Source: a virus. Taken from it: DNA of 45,754 nt. The position numbers and the translations under genes are program-made. The notes beneath the pieces were generated by a model. That model made no database searches and was not told the origin of the DNA. It worked only from the letters and a program-made list of their open reading frames with translations. Of the stretch, positions 19,205 through 29,336 are shown piece after piece. Location of the stretch: the IMG/VR virus record IMGVR_UViG_3300025762_000005; one strand, written 5' to 3'. The number at the start of each line of letters is the position of its first letter. The stretch's first letter is position 1.

Positions 19205-19947
19205 GGGTAGTTAGAGAAAATATAAATTTTCATATAGGAAAGGATCCTTTGAAGAACTTGAATATCGGTCTTACCGGTAAATGGATGGGTCTTCAAAGGG
19301 GGGATTTTCTAAAAGTAAAAAGGGATTTTACTGTTGACCACGGAAACCATTTTAATGATAATTCTAAATATCGAGAATTTACAAATTCCGATCAATCCGA
19401 GATTTATTTACAAATAGAAACCCCGCCTGAAGCTTATCCCGATGGATGTATTGGAATAACAGCTTATGCTGCTCATCTCCCATCAAATTCATTTAAATGG
19501 AGATCTAGCAATGATTATTTTCTATGGGGGACTCCAAAAGAATTTGAGGAAAGATTGAGCATTCTTAATGATCTAGATGAAGCACAGCATTTTCAGAGAG
19601 GAAAGGATCCAATGGATTCTATGAAAATAGGTCAATATGGCGAAAGAAGTATACGAAAAGCTTTGGATAATCTAGTTGAATTAAGAGGGGGGAAATATCA
19701 AATAAAGTCTAATAAAAGACAAAAATATATTGAAGGAAAATATGAAACTAGCGATCAATATAAGAAGTTTTTTAGAGTGGAATATTTTTTTATAAGATTT
19801 CTTAAAAATCCTCAAGAATATTTTACCTATGGGTATGTAATTAATGGAGTTGTTGTTAAAGAAAGAATTGTTCAATCTGCTGAAGAAGGAGTTCAGGAAA
19901 TACTAAAACATCTACATCCTCTGCCTAAAAGGATTTTCCAACTTTGA
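19201..19947 (+). CDS. Two-module FERG-tag protein
   Basis: MRVVRENINFHIGKDPLKNLNIG and internal LDEAQHFQRGKDPMDSMKIG (Phe at 19591). Confidence 0.75.
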   Translation: MRVVRENINFHIGKDPLKNLNIGLTGKWMGLQRGDFLKVKRDFTVDHGNHFNDNSKYREFTNSDQSEIYLQIETPPEAYPDGCIGITAYAAHLPSNSFKWRSSNDYFLWGTPKEFEERLSILNDLDEAQHFQRGKDPMDSMKIGQYGERSIRKALDNLVELRGGKYQIKSNKRQKYIEGKYETSDQYKKFFRVEYFFIRFLKNPQEYFTYGYVINGVVVKERIVQSAEEGVQEILKHLHPLPKRIFQL

Positions 19948-19999
19948 TTTAGAATACAGAGGACGAAAGAACAAATCCAGATGGGTTTTGCATATTTAA

Positions 20000-20341
20000 T
20001 TACCAAATAGAAAGAGGTAATCTTTTCCATCTTTTTGACTGAGGAACCCAAACATAAAGATAATTTTCATCAACACATATATGAGTTTGAGGATTTACGG
20101 CTAAAGTATCAGGCGGTAATTCCGGCATTTCATCTTGATTAGAAAAAGCAACAGCTGTTACATTTTTCTTTAATATATCTTCATCAATCTGAATTTGAAA
20201 AACATTTCCTAATTTTTCGACAGATATAATTCCGGGTTTTCTCCAAGCTTTAGAATCTATTAATAAAAAAGTATTTAAGGGGTCAACCGACTGAGGGGAA
20301 ATTTCTTTATTTTCCTTATGAAATCTATCTTCCATCTCCAA
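20000..20341 (-). CDS. Small virion-associated protein
   Basis: C-terminal ICVDENYLYVWV...WKRLPLSIW resembles a terminal motif seen in phage tail/structural proteins (recognised by eye). Confidence 0.45.
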   Translation of the reverse strand: MEMEDRFHKENKEISPQSVDPLNTFLLIDSKAWRKPGIISVEKLGNVFQIQIDEDILKKNVTAVAFSNQDEMPELPPDTLAVNPQTHICVDENYLYVWVPQSKRWKRLPLSIW

Positions 20342-21437
20342 GGTATTTAACTTCTAAATCAAATTCGTTTTGTAATATAGTTTGGATTAGATCTATTTGG
20401 TCCACCGTACAATTCATCTTTCGGCAATTTTTGGTAAAAGCTTTTGAAGGATCTTCTTTATCAAAATAAATTTGCATAAGAGTTCCTTTTAATGCAAATC
20501 CTGCTCGATCTTCTGGTCTTCCAAATAAATTCCACATTGTAGTTTGAAATTCATTATGAAGGTCTTTAATCATTTGGAGCATTTTGGATCCTAGCCCCAT
20601 TGCTTTCTTTGGATCCAAACCACGTTCAAAATTTAGACTTTCTTTTACTATCCCTTCTTTAAATCCTACGATTTTTCCTTTTACTTTTAAAGAAGGAGGA
20701 AGAGAAGTTATTGGGGTGTTACTTAAATATAAACCCCCTCCTACAGAAAGATTATCAGGAAGAGAAGTTATTGGGGTGTTATTTAAATATAAACCCCCTC
20801 CTACAGAAAGATTATCTGGAAGAGAAGTTATTTGAGTGTTTCTTAAATATAAATCCCCTCCTATAGTAAGATTATCAGGAAGAGAAGTTATTTGAGTGTT
20901 ACTTAAATCTAAACCCCCTCCTACAGAAAGATTATCTGGAAGAGAAGTTATTTGAGTGTTTCTTAAATATAAATCCCCTCCTATAGTAAGATTATCAGGA
21001 AGAGAAGTTATTTGAGTGTTTCTTAAATCTAACCATCCCTCTACAGTAAGATTATCAGGAAGAGAAGTTATTTGAGTATTGCTTAAATTCAAATTCCTCC
21101 CTACAGAAAGATTATCTGGAAGAGAAGTTATTTGAGTGTTACTTAAATATAAATCCCCTCCTATAGTAAGATTATCAGGAAGAGAAGTTATTTGAGTATT
21201 GCTTAAATTCAAATTCCTCCCTACAGAAAGATTATCAGGAAGAGAAGTTATTTGAGTGTTACTTAAATCTAAATTCCCATTTACTTTAATAGAAAGATCA
21301 GGAAGAATCTCATATCTACTTTCGTCTATATCTAAATTAGAAAACCACTTAATGATAAGTGCTTTCTTCCCTATCTTCATAGAATGTTTGGGATCTAATC
21401 CTCTTTCAAAATTTATACTTTCTCTAACTATAGACAT
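20325..21437 (-). CDS. Two-module FERG-tag protein with ten 20-aa leucine-rich repeats
   Basis: MSIVRESINFERGLDPKHSMKIG; 10 x LxLxNTxITSLPxxLxx; internal VKESLNFERGLDPKKAMGLG. Confidence 0.85.
   Translation of the reverse strand: MSIVRESINFERGLDPKHSMKIGKKALIIKWFSNLDIDESRYEILPDLSIKVNGNLDLSNTQITSLPDNLSVGRNLNLSNTQITSLPDNLTIGGDLYLSNTQITSLPDNLSVGRNLNLSNTQITSLPDNLTVEGWLDLRNTQITSLPDNLTIGGDLYLRNTQITSLPDNLSVGGGLDLSNTQITSLPDNLTIGGDLYLRNTQITSLPDNLSVGGGLYLNNTPITSLPDNLSVGGGLYLSNTPITSLPPSLKVKGKIVGFKEGIVKESLNFERGLDPKKAMGLGSKMLQMIKDLHNEFQTTMWNLFGRPEDRAGFALKGTLMQIYFDKEDPSKAFTKNCRKMNCTVDQIDLIQTILQNEFDLEVKYLGDGR
20701..21300. repeat. Coding tandem repeat, 10 x 60 bp
   Basis: Ten consecutive 60-nt units start agagaagtta; units 20821-20880 and 20941-21000 are identical. 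Confidence 0.95.
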
Positions 21438-21948
21438 GAGTTCCTAATATTGTTGAATCTAATCCTACTGCATCAGTAAGAACTTCTATATCATATAAAC
21501 ATTCCATTCTCGCTCCTCCGCATAATATAGCTCTTTTGCCTTCCAATTTTAGTTTTTCAAAAAGACCAAATAGTTTTTCTTCAAATATAAACCATGGATG
21601 ATTTCCATCCACAAATAAAAACCATTGACGTTTTGGTTCTTTTCCAGCTACAAATAAATCCCCCCTCTGGAAATCCTCTTCTTCAAATGCTTTCTTTAAA
21701 TAAAGCTTATCTTTTTCAGAAAAATCATAATGATCAATATCATCTTCCTCTAATATCCCGCCATATTCTTTTCTAATTACATCTTTTTGATTTGGAAATT
21801 TAAAATCCGGGGTATTTACATCCACTGCATCCCAAATTTGGTAGACTTCATCAAAAGTCTTGCATAATTCAAATATTCCATCTACATATTCATCTGTAAC
21901 GGATTTAAAATGAACCTGAACATCTACAACTATTAAAACCTCTTTCAT
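21424..21948 (-). CDS. Isochorismatase-like (cysteine hydrolase) protein; start reassigned from 21972
   Basis: MKEVLIVVDVQ (catalytic Asp) and ILCGGARMECL (nucleophile Cys region); ATGA overlap with the upstream stop. Confidence 0.7.
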   Translation of the reverse strand: MKEVLIVVDVQVHFKSVTDEYVDGIFELCKTFDEVYQIWDAVDVNTPDFKFPNQKDVIRKEYGGILEEDDIDHYDFSEKDKLYLKKAFEEEDFQRGDLFVAGKEPKRQWFLFVDGNHPWFIFEEKLFGLFEKLKLEGKRAILCGGARMECLYDIEVLTDAVGLDSTILGTHVYS

Positions 21949-24900
21949 ACAACCGTTACCAAACCTTCCCAAACCTGAGTTTTTAAGTTTCCATATTTAT
22001 CATACGATTCTACTTGAATATCGTAAGTTCCTATCTGATCAAATATAAAGGGAACGCTTTCATTAAATACTCTAAATAGGATATTAGATTCGTTGTGTTC
22101 TTTTACAGTCCAAATATTTCTTTGATCAAGCATATAATTGCTAGGATCATAAACTGCTTTAAATATGACTAAAGTACTTGAATCTACTTCTATCGGTTTA
22201 CAATGATAATAGAATTCCGAATTGATTAAGTTATCAGAAGCATTATACCATTGCTGATTTACATAATCCTGATCAAAAAGAACATTGATTACTACAAATG
22301 TATTGTCTAGGAAATATTCTTGACAATATGAATCCTTTAAATATAATTTAAAAGTATTAAATTGTTCTACAGCATAATCTGTAGGAATTGTCATATCAGA
22401 ATATGAGGAAAATGCATGTTTTACTTTGATTGAATATTTCCCAGGATTATTTATAAAGAACTGAGGAATAGTTTGATCAAAAGTATGAGTAGATCCATCA
22501 ACATTTGTAACTCTATATGATGAACCCCAAGAATATCCGGTACTACCATCAAAAACAATAACCCCTGCTAGCTGGCCCACTTCAAATTGGTATCCGCTTA
22601 CATCAAGTACAAGATTATCCCCTATATTAGCAGCATTTACAGTCGTTCTGTATGTGTCATTTAAAACATATACTTCTGCAGAACCACTAATAGAAATATC
22701 AACAGGCCAAGGAGAAATGGTTAAATCGTTTCCCGAAATAGAATCTATATGAGCGCTAACTTCTCTTATTAAAGAATATTTCCCTTTATCAAATTGAATT
22801 ATTCTTATATCGTCTTCATCATAAAATTTCTGATAATCTGGATCCACTGTAATTGTAGGATTACTCATAGATATAACTCTCTCTGTTAAATTAAAAAATC
22901 GGTTGAGAGAATCCGGTTCCATTACATCCTGGAAATATGTGATGGAAGGAATTTCAATATAAGGAGTACCAGAAGCATCAAATTGTAATGAAAGTCCTTG
23001 AAGAGGAATATATCTATCGAATAAAGGATAAGGATTTTCTGATATAAGTGTGCTAGCTTCTAAAACAGACATGCTACTAACATCTGTTGCGGAATATAGC
23101 GAATTATCTGTAAGAACATAAATTCTTGGGAACTTAGTCCAGACAGGATACAAGGATTCCATTTTATTGGAATATATGTTGTTAAAACCGTCCCATGCAA
23201 ATACTTCTATATAAAAATCCCCAGTATGATTGACAGTCATAATATAAATACTGTTATCTATTACTCTTGCAGGATAAGGATCCGAGCCATAAATGGAATA
23301 GTAAATTGAGGGATCATAAACCGCTAAGGGCATTCTTGAAGAATTATAAACAACATTTACAGTGATCATTTGTTCATCTAAACTAGTATCATAATTCCAA
23401 TTTAGATTATATTCAACAGAAATAATATTTCCAGAGCTTGGGTCGGAAACCCAAGGTTTTGATCCCTGTATACTAGAATCCATTACTATTTTTCCATCAA
23501 GAATATCTAAGAAATATTTCTTTGGGAGAGATGTAACAATTCCGGAGGCATCGGTAAATTTATAATTCTGAAAACTTAAAAGGGGAACTCTATAATTTGA
23601 ATCAAATTCATAAAGAAGAACCGAGCCTGTATCCGGGATTAAATTAACGTAGGAATTAAATTGGTAAATATCTAATCCGGATGAACTTTCCATCCAATAA
23701 TATCCTAATCCAGATGGGTCTGGATAAATTTCATAAGCTTTAGAAGAAGTCCAATCATCATTAGAAGGGTCCCTTAAAATAGCATTTTCAAGAAGTATAT
23801 TTAAATTCGATGAAACGTCATAAAATTGAGAAGAGGAATCCAAAATATTATAAAAACGAAGATCATTTTCATAAACGAATAATGGTTTTGTTACTAATTT
23901 GTCTATAATAGTTCCTGCATCAGTTTTTTCTACAGAAGCTCTCCATTGAATATCAAATAAATCAATAAAAGGAAATTGGAATGTCGATCCTACGAGAACT
24001 GTAGATGGGTCATACCAATATAAAGACGCATCCACCAAAGAAAATTGCCCATTTGAAGGATCCCAACAATATTTCAATAAATCTTTGAATCTTACTTGTA
24101 GTGCCTCGATTGGCATTTTTTTCAATTCCTCCAAAGTTAATCTAATACTTGCATCTCCTCGGATTAATTCTGAACTTTCATCTAGGGTGTCTGGAGAAAT
24201 AGATTGCTCAAAAATAGCTTCAGACCCTATTGTATTAGTTCCATAAACAACGTTTCTAAATCTTTCAAAATAAACTCCCTCGCCTGTAATATCTGTAATC
24301 CTAGCATTTACACCAATAATCCATCTTTCAAGCCATTGCTTAAGAGCATATAATTTGATAAAGATTTCATTAATATTATAGTTGTAGCATTCCTCAACAA
24401 TAGGATTACCCCATTCATCAATTTGTCCTGTTTCCCTAGTTAAACAGTAAACAAGCGACAGTTGATTTAATTTCTTTAAATTTCTTCTTTCATCTGGAGA
24501 AAAATAAAGAAGAGTTTTTGTTCTATCAGCAGCATCATAGGGAACCGTAAGGGAAAGATTTTTTCCATCTTTAACATTTTTAAACCACTCTTTAACCTGA
24601 ATATCTTCATATCCAAGCCATTTTATTGCATTGATAAGACCTTTATAAGTTCCAATATAAGGCATGATTTTATCATGTTCCAGGATAATGTGTTTTGCTT
24701 TATAATTCAAAAGCTTCCAGTCAGGAAGATCCTCATTTATATCTGCTTCTTTAAAAAGAGTATGATTAGCTTTAGGACTTGGTAATCCAAAATTAGTTAT
24801 AAGAGTATCAAATCTTTCATCGGGTCCAACCGATTCAGCATTAACCAATATTTCATAAATAAGGTATTCCGTATTTCCTACTTTATGGAATACCCTAAGT

Positions 24901-25577
24901 CTTCTTTCAAAAACCCCTTCTGTTTCTGCACGGAATCCAACATTAATCATTAATCCTGTTTTTTCCGCATATTCAGTTGTATCAATTATGATCTCATCAG
25001 CCCATTCCACAAGCTGATTTTCTTCATCAATTTCAAATAATTTAATTTCAGGATCTCCATCAGTAAATCTAAAGATTAAATAGGGGTTAATAGGATCATA
25101 AGGCCTAATTAAAGCTCCTGTTGAAGATTCTTCGATAATCGTTAAGTGCTCAGTTTCGACAAGCCCTTGAGAAATAGGTTGTAAAAATATAGCAGAACTA
25201 TAAGTAACTGCCGGATAAAGAAAAGAAACATCAGGTGTTAAAGTGATCACTACACTTTCAATTGCTTGGGAACTTGCAGGGGCTGGATTAAAAATCGAAA
25301 CATCCTTAAATCCTATAGAAACTTCAGAAGCACTTAAAATTTGTGAATATCCGCCAAAAGTATAATCTAATTGAACTTGTGTATTTGAAGGATATTCCCA
25401 TCCTCCATTTGTAACTTCGACATCTATAATATAATTACTAGGATTTGTAACAGCAAAAGCAGCTGCGCCGGTAGCATCAAGATTATCGGCAATAAATGTA
25501 AGAGGTAAGTAAGTGTCTGCGTATGAGTTTAAAAAACTTCCGCTTTTATTAAATATTTTCCAATTCTGCTGATTCAT
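21945..25577 (-). CDS. Large baseplate wedge protein (gp7-like / tail protein I-like core)
   Basis: 1210 aa downstream of the gp6-like gene; PYIGTYKGLINAIKWLGY resembles the wedge KGT motif; beta-rich C-terminal domains. Confidence 0.6.
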   Translation of the reverse strand: MNQQNWKIFNKSGSFLNSYADTYLPLTFIADNLDATGAAAFAVTNPSNYIIDVEVTNGGWEYPSNTQVQLDYTFGGYSQILSASEVSIGFKDVSIFNPAPASSQAIESVVITLTPDVSFLYPAVTYSSAIFLQPISQGLVETEHLTIIEESSTGALIRPYDPINPYLIFRFTDGDPEIKLFEIDEENQLVEWADEIIIDTTEYAEKTGLMINVGFRAETEGVFERRLRVFHKVGNTEYLIYEILVNAESVGPDERFDTLITNFGLPSPKANHTLFKEADINEDLPDWKLLNYKAKHIILEHDKIMPYIGTYKGLINAIKWLGYEDIQVKEWFKNVKDGKNLSLTVPYDAADRTKTLLYFSPDERRNLKKLNQLSLVYCLTRETGQIDEWGNPIVEECYNYNINEIFIKLYALKQWLERWIIGVNARITDITGEGVYFERFRNVVYGTNTIGSEAIFEQSISPDTLDESSELIRGDASIRLTLEELKKMPIEALQVRFKDLLKYCWDPSNGQFSLVDASLYWYDPSTVLVGSTFQFPFIDLFDIQWRASVEKTDAGTIIDKLVTKPLFVYENDLRFYNILDSSSQFYDVSSNLNILLENAILRDPSNDDWTSSKAYEIYPDPSGLGYYWMESSSGLDIYQFNSYVNLIPDTGSVLLYEFDSNYRVPLLSFQNYKFTDASGIVTSLPKKYFLDILDGKIVMDSSIQGSKPWVSDPSSGNIISVEYNLNWNYDTSLDEQMITVNVVYNSSRMPLAVYDPSIYYSIYGSDPYPARVIDNSIYIMTVNHTGDFYIEVFAWDGFNNIYSNKMESLYPVWTKFPRIYVLTDNSLYSATDVSSMSVLEASTLISENPYPLFDRYIPLQGLSLQFDASGTPYIEIPSITYFQDVMEPDSLNRFFNLTERVISMSNPTITVDPDYQKFYDEDDIRIIQFDKGKYSLIREVSAHIDSISGNDLTISPWPVDISISGSAEVYVLNDTYRTTVNAANIGDNLVLDVSGYQFEVGQLAGVIVFDGSTGYSWGSSYRVTNVDGSTHTFDQTIPQFFINNPGKYSIKVKHAFSSYSDMTIPTDYAVEQFNTFKLYLKDSYCQEYFLDNTFVVINVLFDQDYVNQQWYNASDNLINSEFYYHCKPIEVDSSTLVIFKAVYDPSNYMLDQRNIWTVKEHNESNILFRVFNESVPFIFDQIGTYDIQVESYDKYGNLKTQVWEGLVTVV

Positions 25578-25583
25578 GAATCC

Positions 25584-25880
25584 TTAATTAATATTGGTAT
25601 CCTCTTTTCCATGAGCAATACTCATAGTTTTCTTAATATATTTAACCTGTTCCAAAATAAATGTCAATATAGCTTCAATTTGAGCAAATAGGGGTTTTTG
25701 AATAGGGTTTGCCCATAATTCGGAGGAGGTTGTTTTTGATAATATTTTTCCTCTATAATCATATCCCAGGTTGGTATAATTATCTGATAAGTGTTTTGCC
25801 GAAGCAAAATAAGGAGTTCTTACTTTAGACCTTTGACTCTTACTACTTACTGCATTTTGTTTTTGAGTTGCTGTTGCCAT
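25584..25880 (-). CDS. Small baseplate-associated protein
   Basis: 98 aa; its start overlaps the gp6-like stop and it lies directly upstream of the large wedge gene. Confidence 0.5.
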   Translation of the reverse strand: MATATQKQNAVSSKSQRSKVRTPYFASAKHLSDNYTNLGYDYRGKILSKTTSSELWANPIQKPLFAQIEAILTFILEQVKYIKKTMSIAHGKEDTNIN

Positions 25881-27775
25881 TATAAGTTAGAAACAATATT
25901 TTTGTTTTGATTACTGTTAAAGTTAACTGGGGTAATTCCTCTCAATTGAATATTTACAGTTGAAAGCCTATCTTTTGCAACTGAATCATCATAAGTAATT
26001 CCAAGTTGACTTTCGAATCCTCCTCTAATAAGAGGATATATGTCCTTGACAGTTACTCTATTTCCAAATGCGTCTAATACAAATCTTTCGAGAATAATAT
26101 CGCCATAATCATCAAGGCCATATCCATTTCCATAAATTGTAAAATTGTTTTTGTCTGCATCAAACCAGACAGATACAGAGTCTACTCCATCAATGCCTTC
26201 AATTATTCTAACTAAATCTGATTGAGGGATTCTATCTCTTCTGGTATTCTTTAAGAAATAATCAGAGGTTTTTGAAATAATTTGTTCCCTGATATTGTTA
26301 AGATCATAACCCTCATAGATAACTAAGGCAACATTTAGAACGAATTTAGGATATCGAAGAGTCATAATAGCATTATCTACGGTAAGTATCCTTTGCCCGC
26401 TTTCTTCAATCAAATCTAAAATTCCTCTTTTTTCAAGATCAGTTAATTGGAATGAATCTAATCCACAAGTAAAATAATTCTGATTTGCTGGGATCCTTTG
26501 ATTAACATCTGGAACTAAATAAAGATAAACAGTGTTATCGTCTTTTTTCTGCTCTTCAACTTGGCTTTGCCAATAATAAAGTTGGGTTTGAGCATTATCT
26601 AATTCGGTTTTCTTAGCAAGCGATTGAGAAGCCGAAGCCCCCACTGTTGCTAACAAAGTTCTGTATTGTTCGCTTATATTTTCGTAAGTAGTTTTGGCTA
26701 CATTATACTTATCAATTGTGTATTTGTCCTCGAATGTTGCAAATCCGGGAATAGCATCAACAATAGTAAACATATTCAATTTACGTAAAAAATAAATGTA
26801 ATTATCAGTATTAGCTAAAACAAAACTTCTTGACATGTGAGGAGCAAGTAATCTAGTAAGATATACAGGTTCCTCATTAGCTCCAAATAAAACATCCTTT
26901 TGAATAGAAACTCTAAGAATCTTATTAAGATCTATCTCCTGACTATTAATAGAATACCCCTTTCCTTCAAATTTCCAGTTGGCTGTCGTTTTAGCTTCTG
27001 CCGTTCTAATATTTCCTGCATCCCCATCAGTTAACAAATATTCTACAAGGATCGTTGATCCAAGAGGGGGAACAGAACCGTTATAACCATTCCCAAAGAA
27101 GACATCAATACCTCCGGTTTGTCCTGTTTTAACTATAACAGATTCTTCATTAAAATTCATATCAAGAATAGATTCCCTCTTTGCCCATTTTTTACCATTA
27201 ACATAAATATTAACAAAAAAATTATCTATAATGGATCCTTTTTTAGCTTGGAAGTTAAATGATTGTAGAGGATCACCGGTTCCCGTTGATTGTTGATATT
27301 CTAATTTACCTTGAACAATATTTACATCAACATAATTTGTTACAGAACCAAGATCTAGTCTAACTTCATTTCCGGGTAATACAATAGTATAAGTTAGACC
27401 ATTATAAGTTGAAATAATTCTAGTATAATTTGGAATAACTGCGGTGTTCCCATAAATATCTAATTTCTGCCCATTATAGAATAATCTTAGAGTCCCCCTA
27501 GCAGCTACACCTCTGGATGAATTGTGACCTGTTAAGGCTGCAAGACCCTTTACACTCTGAGATCTAGAAGCCGTGTTGATATTTAATTCCGTTATAGAGT
27601 CCTCAATATAATATAGGATTGTTCTACCAAGATTAAGAATAACCTGAAGAAGCTGACCCATAGGAGATGCCATGGTAAAATATTGTCCAGCATCTTCGTA
27701 TGTTTGTTTTATAAAGTTAATTGAATCCTGATATAATTCGGATAATCGGATTCGGGCAGTTTTAATTATACTCAT
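25880..27775 (-). CDS. Baseplate wedge protein, T4 gp6-like
   Basis: LYYIEDSITELNINTASRSQSVKGLAALTGH, IDVFFGNGYNG, ILVEYLLTDGDAGN match gp6/baseplate-J patterns. Confidence 0.85.
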   Translation of the reverse strand: MSIIKTARIRLSELYQDSINFIKQTYEDAGQYFTMASPMGQLLQVILNLGRTILYYIEDSITELNINTASRSQSVKGLAALTGHNSSRGVAARGTLRLFYNGQKLDIYGNTAVIPNYTRIISTYNGLTYTIVLPGNEVRLDLGSVTNYVDVNIVQGKLEYQQSTGTGDPLQSFNFQAKKGSIIDNFFVNIYVNGKKWAKRESILDMNFNEESVIVKTGQTGGIDVFFGNGYNGSVPPLGSTILVEYLLTDGDAGNIRTAEAKTTANWKFEGKGYSINSQEIDLNKILRVSIQKDVLFGANEEPVYLTRLLAPHMSRSFVLANTDNYIYFLRKLNMFTIVDAIPGFATFEDKYTIDKYNVAKTTYENISEQYRTLLATVGASASQSLAKKTELDNAQTQLYYWQSQVEEQKKDDNTVYLYLVPDVNQRIPANQNYFTCGLDSFQLTDLEKRGILDLIEESGQRILTVDNAIMTLRYPKFVLNVALVIYEGYDLNNIREQIISKTSDYFLKNTRRDRIPQSDLVRIIEGIDGVDSVSVWFDADKNNFTIYGNGYGLDDYGDIILERFVLDAFGNRVTVKDIYPLIRGGFESQLGITYDDSVAKDRLSTVNIQLRGITPVNFNSNQNKNIVSNL

Positions 27776-28233
27776 AGTATTTTACTATATTTTTCTCGAT
27801 TCTTTTTTAAATTTTTTAACCAATCCTGAATTTCTTCAGTATAAATTAATTTTGTATCCCAGGACAAATGCCATTGTGGTCTATTCTCAATAGCTAAATC
27901 TGTTAGAATTTGAATAAGCTTTTTTCCATCATCTTCAGATAAACATTCAAATTTAACTGCATTGCCTTCCAGTACTCGAACAACTTTAACATAGAAATGA
28001 TTCCATTTAGATATGGAAATATCTTCGGGGTTTACCCCTGCACTCATAAGAAGTTCTACGGTCTTTGCTATATTTTCAATATGTAGATTTACCTTTTTAT
28101 CTTCTTCTCCTGATTGATCCCATGTAGTGTCAAATTCGACTCCTTTTTGTTCAAGGGATTTTCGAATACCTATCTGAAGAGCATCTTTTGGATCTTTTCC
28201 TCTTTCAAAATTAATATTTTCTCTAACTAACAT
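27772..28233 (-). CDS. FERG-tag family protein between gp25-like and gp6-like genes
   Basis: MLVRENINFERGKDPKDALQIG; TAATG and ATGA overlaps with its neighbours. Confidence 0.75.
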   Translation of the reverse strand: MLVRENINFERGKDPKDALQIGIRKSLEQKGVEFDTTWDQSGEEDKKVNLHIENIAKTVELLMSAGVNPEDISISKWNHFYVKVVRVLEGNAVKFECLSEDDGKKLIQILTDLAIENRPQWHLSWDTKLIYTEEIQDWLKNLKKNREKYSKIL

Positions 28234-28595
28234 TATTTAACTAATACTCCTATTGCTTTTTCATCATTGATATAAAAATCAATAACGCAGAAATCAAATC
28301 CATCTGCTTTACCAAATGAAACTGAAGGTTCTATTTTAAATTTGCTGGATTCAGAAATATACTGTTGAACTTGTTTTTTGATTTTCTCTTCCAATTCAAG
28401 TTTGTTTATTCTTGTCTCGAAGATAAGATCCTCAATTCCTACTCCAAAATTAAGATCCCCTAAGACTTGTCCTTGTGTAGTTCCTAGAATCATTCTTATC
28501 TTTGAAATAATACTTTCTATCGGATCAGAATGTTCAAAAACCCCATAACGATAATTTGGGTCCTCGGGGTTTCTGATGTATATTTCTTTAACCAT
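28233..28595 (-). CDS. Baseplate wedge protein, T4 gp25-like
   Basis: IRMILGTTQGQVLGDLNFGVGIEDLIFE matches the gp25/GPW motif. Confidence 0.85.
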   Translation of the reverse strand: MVKEIYIRNPEDPNYRYGVFEHSDPIESIISKIRMILGTTQGQVLGDLNFGVGIEDLIFETRINKLELEEKIKKQVQQYISESSKFKIEPSVSFGKADGFDFCVIDFYINDEKAIGVLVK

Positions 28596-28600
28596 TCTAG

Positions 28601-28616
28601 TTTTTATTTATATATC
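28601..28616 (-). promoter_or_regulatory. Phage late promoter containing exact TATAAATA
   Basis: gatatataaataaaaa on the - strand, with the T4 late consensus TATAAATA at 28605-28612, just upstream of the gp25-like ATG. Confidence 0.6.
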
Positions 28617-28637
28617 TTTACCCTACGAAAAGACCAC

Positions 28638-28658
28638 AAAAAAAGCCCCGAAGGGGCT
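28638..28658 (-). terminator. Intrinsic terminator
   Basis: agcccc-ttc-ggggct followed by 7 T on the - strand. Confidence 0.8.
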
Positions 28659-28679
28659 GAGACAATAAAAAATCATATT

Positions 28680-29291
28680 TTATAAATTATTTGCCATAAA
28701 ATGCTTCCCCTCATAAACCTGATGAATTTTTGAAGGAATATTGCTATTCTCCTTAAGATCTGCAAATTTCATCCCTACAAGTTTGTCCTGAAGATTAAGG
28801 CCTGGATTCTTCTTCTTAGCGTTATTGATATAAGCAGAATAATAAGGAATAAGCTTGTCATAATCGTTTTTGTCATAAAGGAGACGATTACTTTCTCCAA
28901 TGCAAATATTATCGGTATCCTTATATCTTTGAACCGTAACAAATCCAGTTTCTGCCGGGAGTTGTTTACTCCATTTTTTGGAGAACTCACCTTTAAGAAT
29001 TCCTTTGCTAAAAAGAATTTTAAGAATATCGTGATGAATTTTTTCCGAGAAATTTTCTACATAAATATCGCCATCTTTCGAAATAACGCCTCTGATATTA
29101 GGGCCCAAAGAAGAAATAGAGGCCGGGTTTTTAATGAGAGCCCATTTACCATCCCTTGCAATAATATCTTCAGATGAAATGGATGCTTGCTTTTCGCTTC
29201 TACCGGTTTCATCGGGGATGCCAAACATTCTTTCGGCTGCTTTATCAGCTACACCTTCTTGAATAACATCTATGACTTTTTTAGCTTTCAT
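28680..29291 (-). CDS. Hypothetical protein with Glu-ending leader (MKAKKVIDVIQE)
   Basis: 203-aa ORF with its own promoter-like motif and terminator. Confidence 0.65.
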   Translation of the reverse strand: MKAKKVIDVIQEGVADKAAERMFGIPDETGRSEKQASISSEDIIARDGKWALIKNPASISSLGPNIRGVISKDGDIYVENFSEKIHHDILKILFSKGILKGEFSKKWSKQLPAETGFVTVQRYKDTDNICIGESNRLLYDKNDYDKLIPYYSAYINNAKKKNPGLNLQDKLVGMKFADLKENSNIPSKIHQVYEGKHFMANNL

Positions 29292-29336
29292 GGAGTAAAT
29301 GTACTAATTTTTTCCTTAGAAAAAAAATTTCCTAAG

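Noticed and set aside
20701-21300. 60-bp periodic array as a CRISPR array
   Set aside because: There are no unique spacers, the units are similar over their whole length and encode in-frame LRRs, and no cas genes are present.
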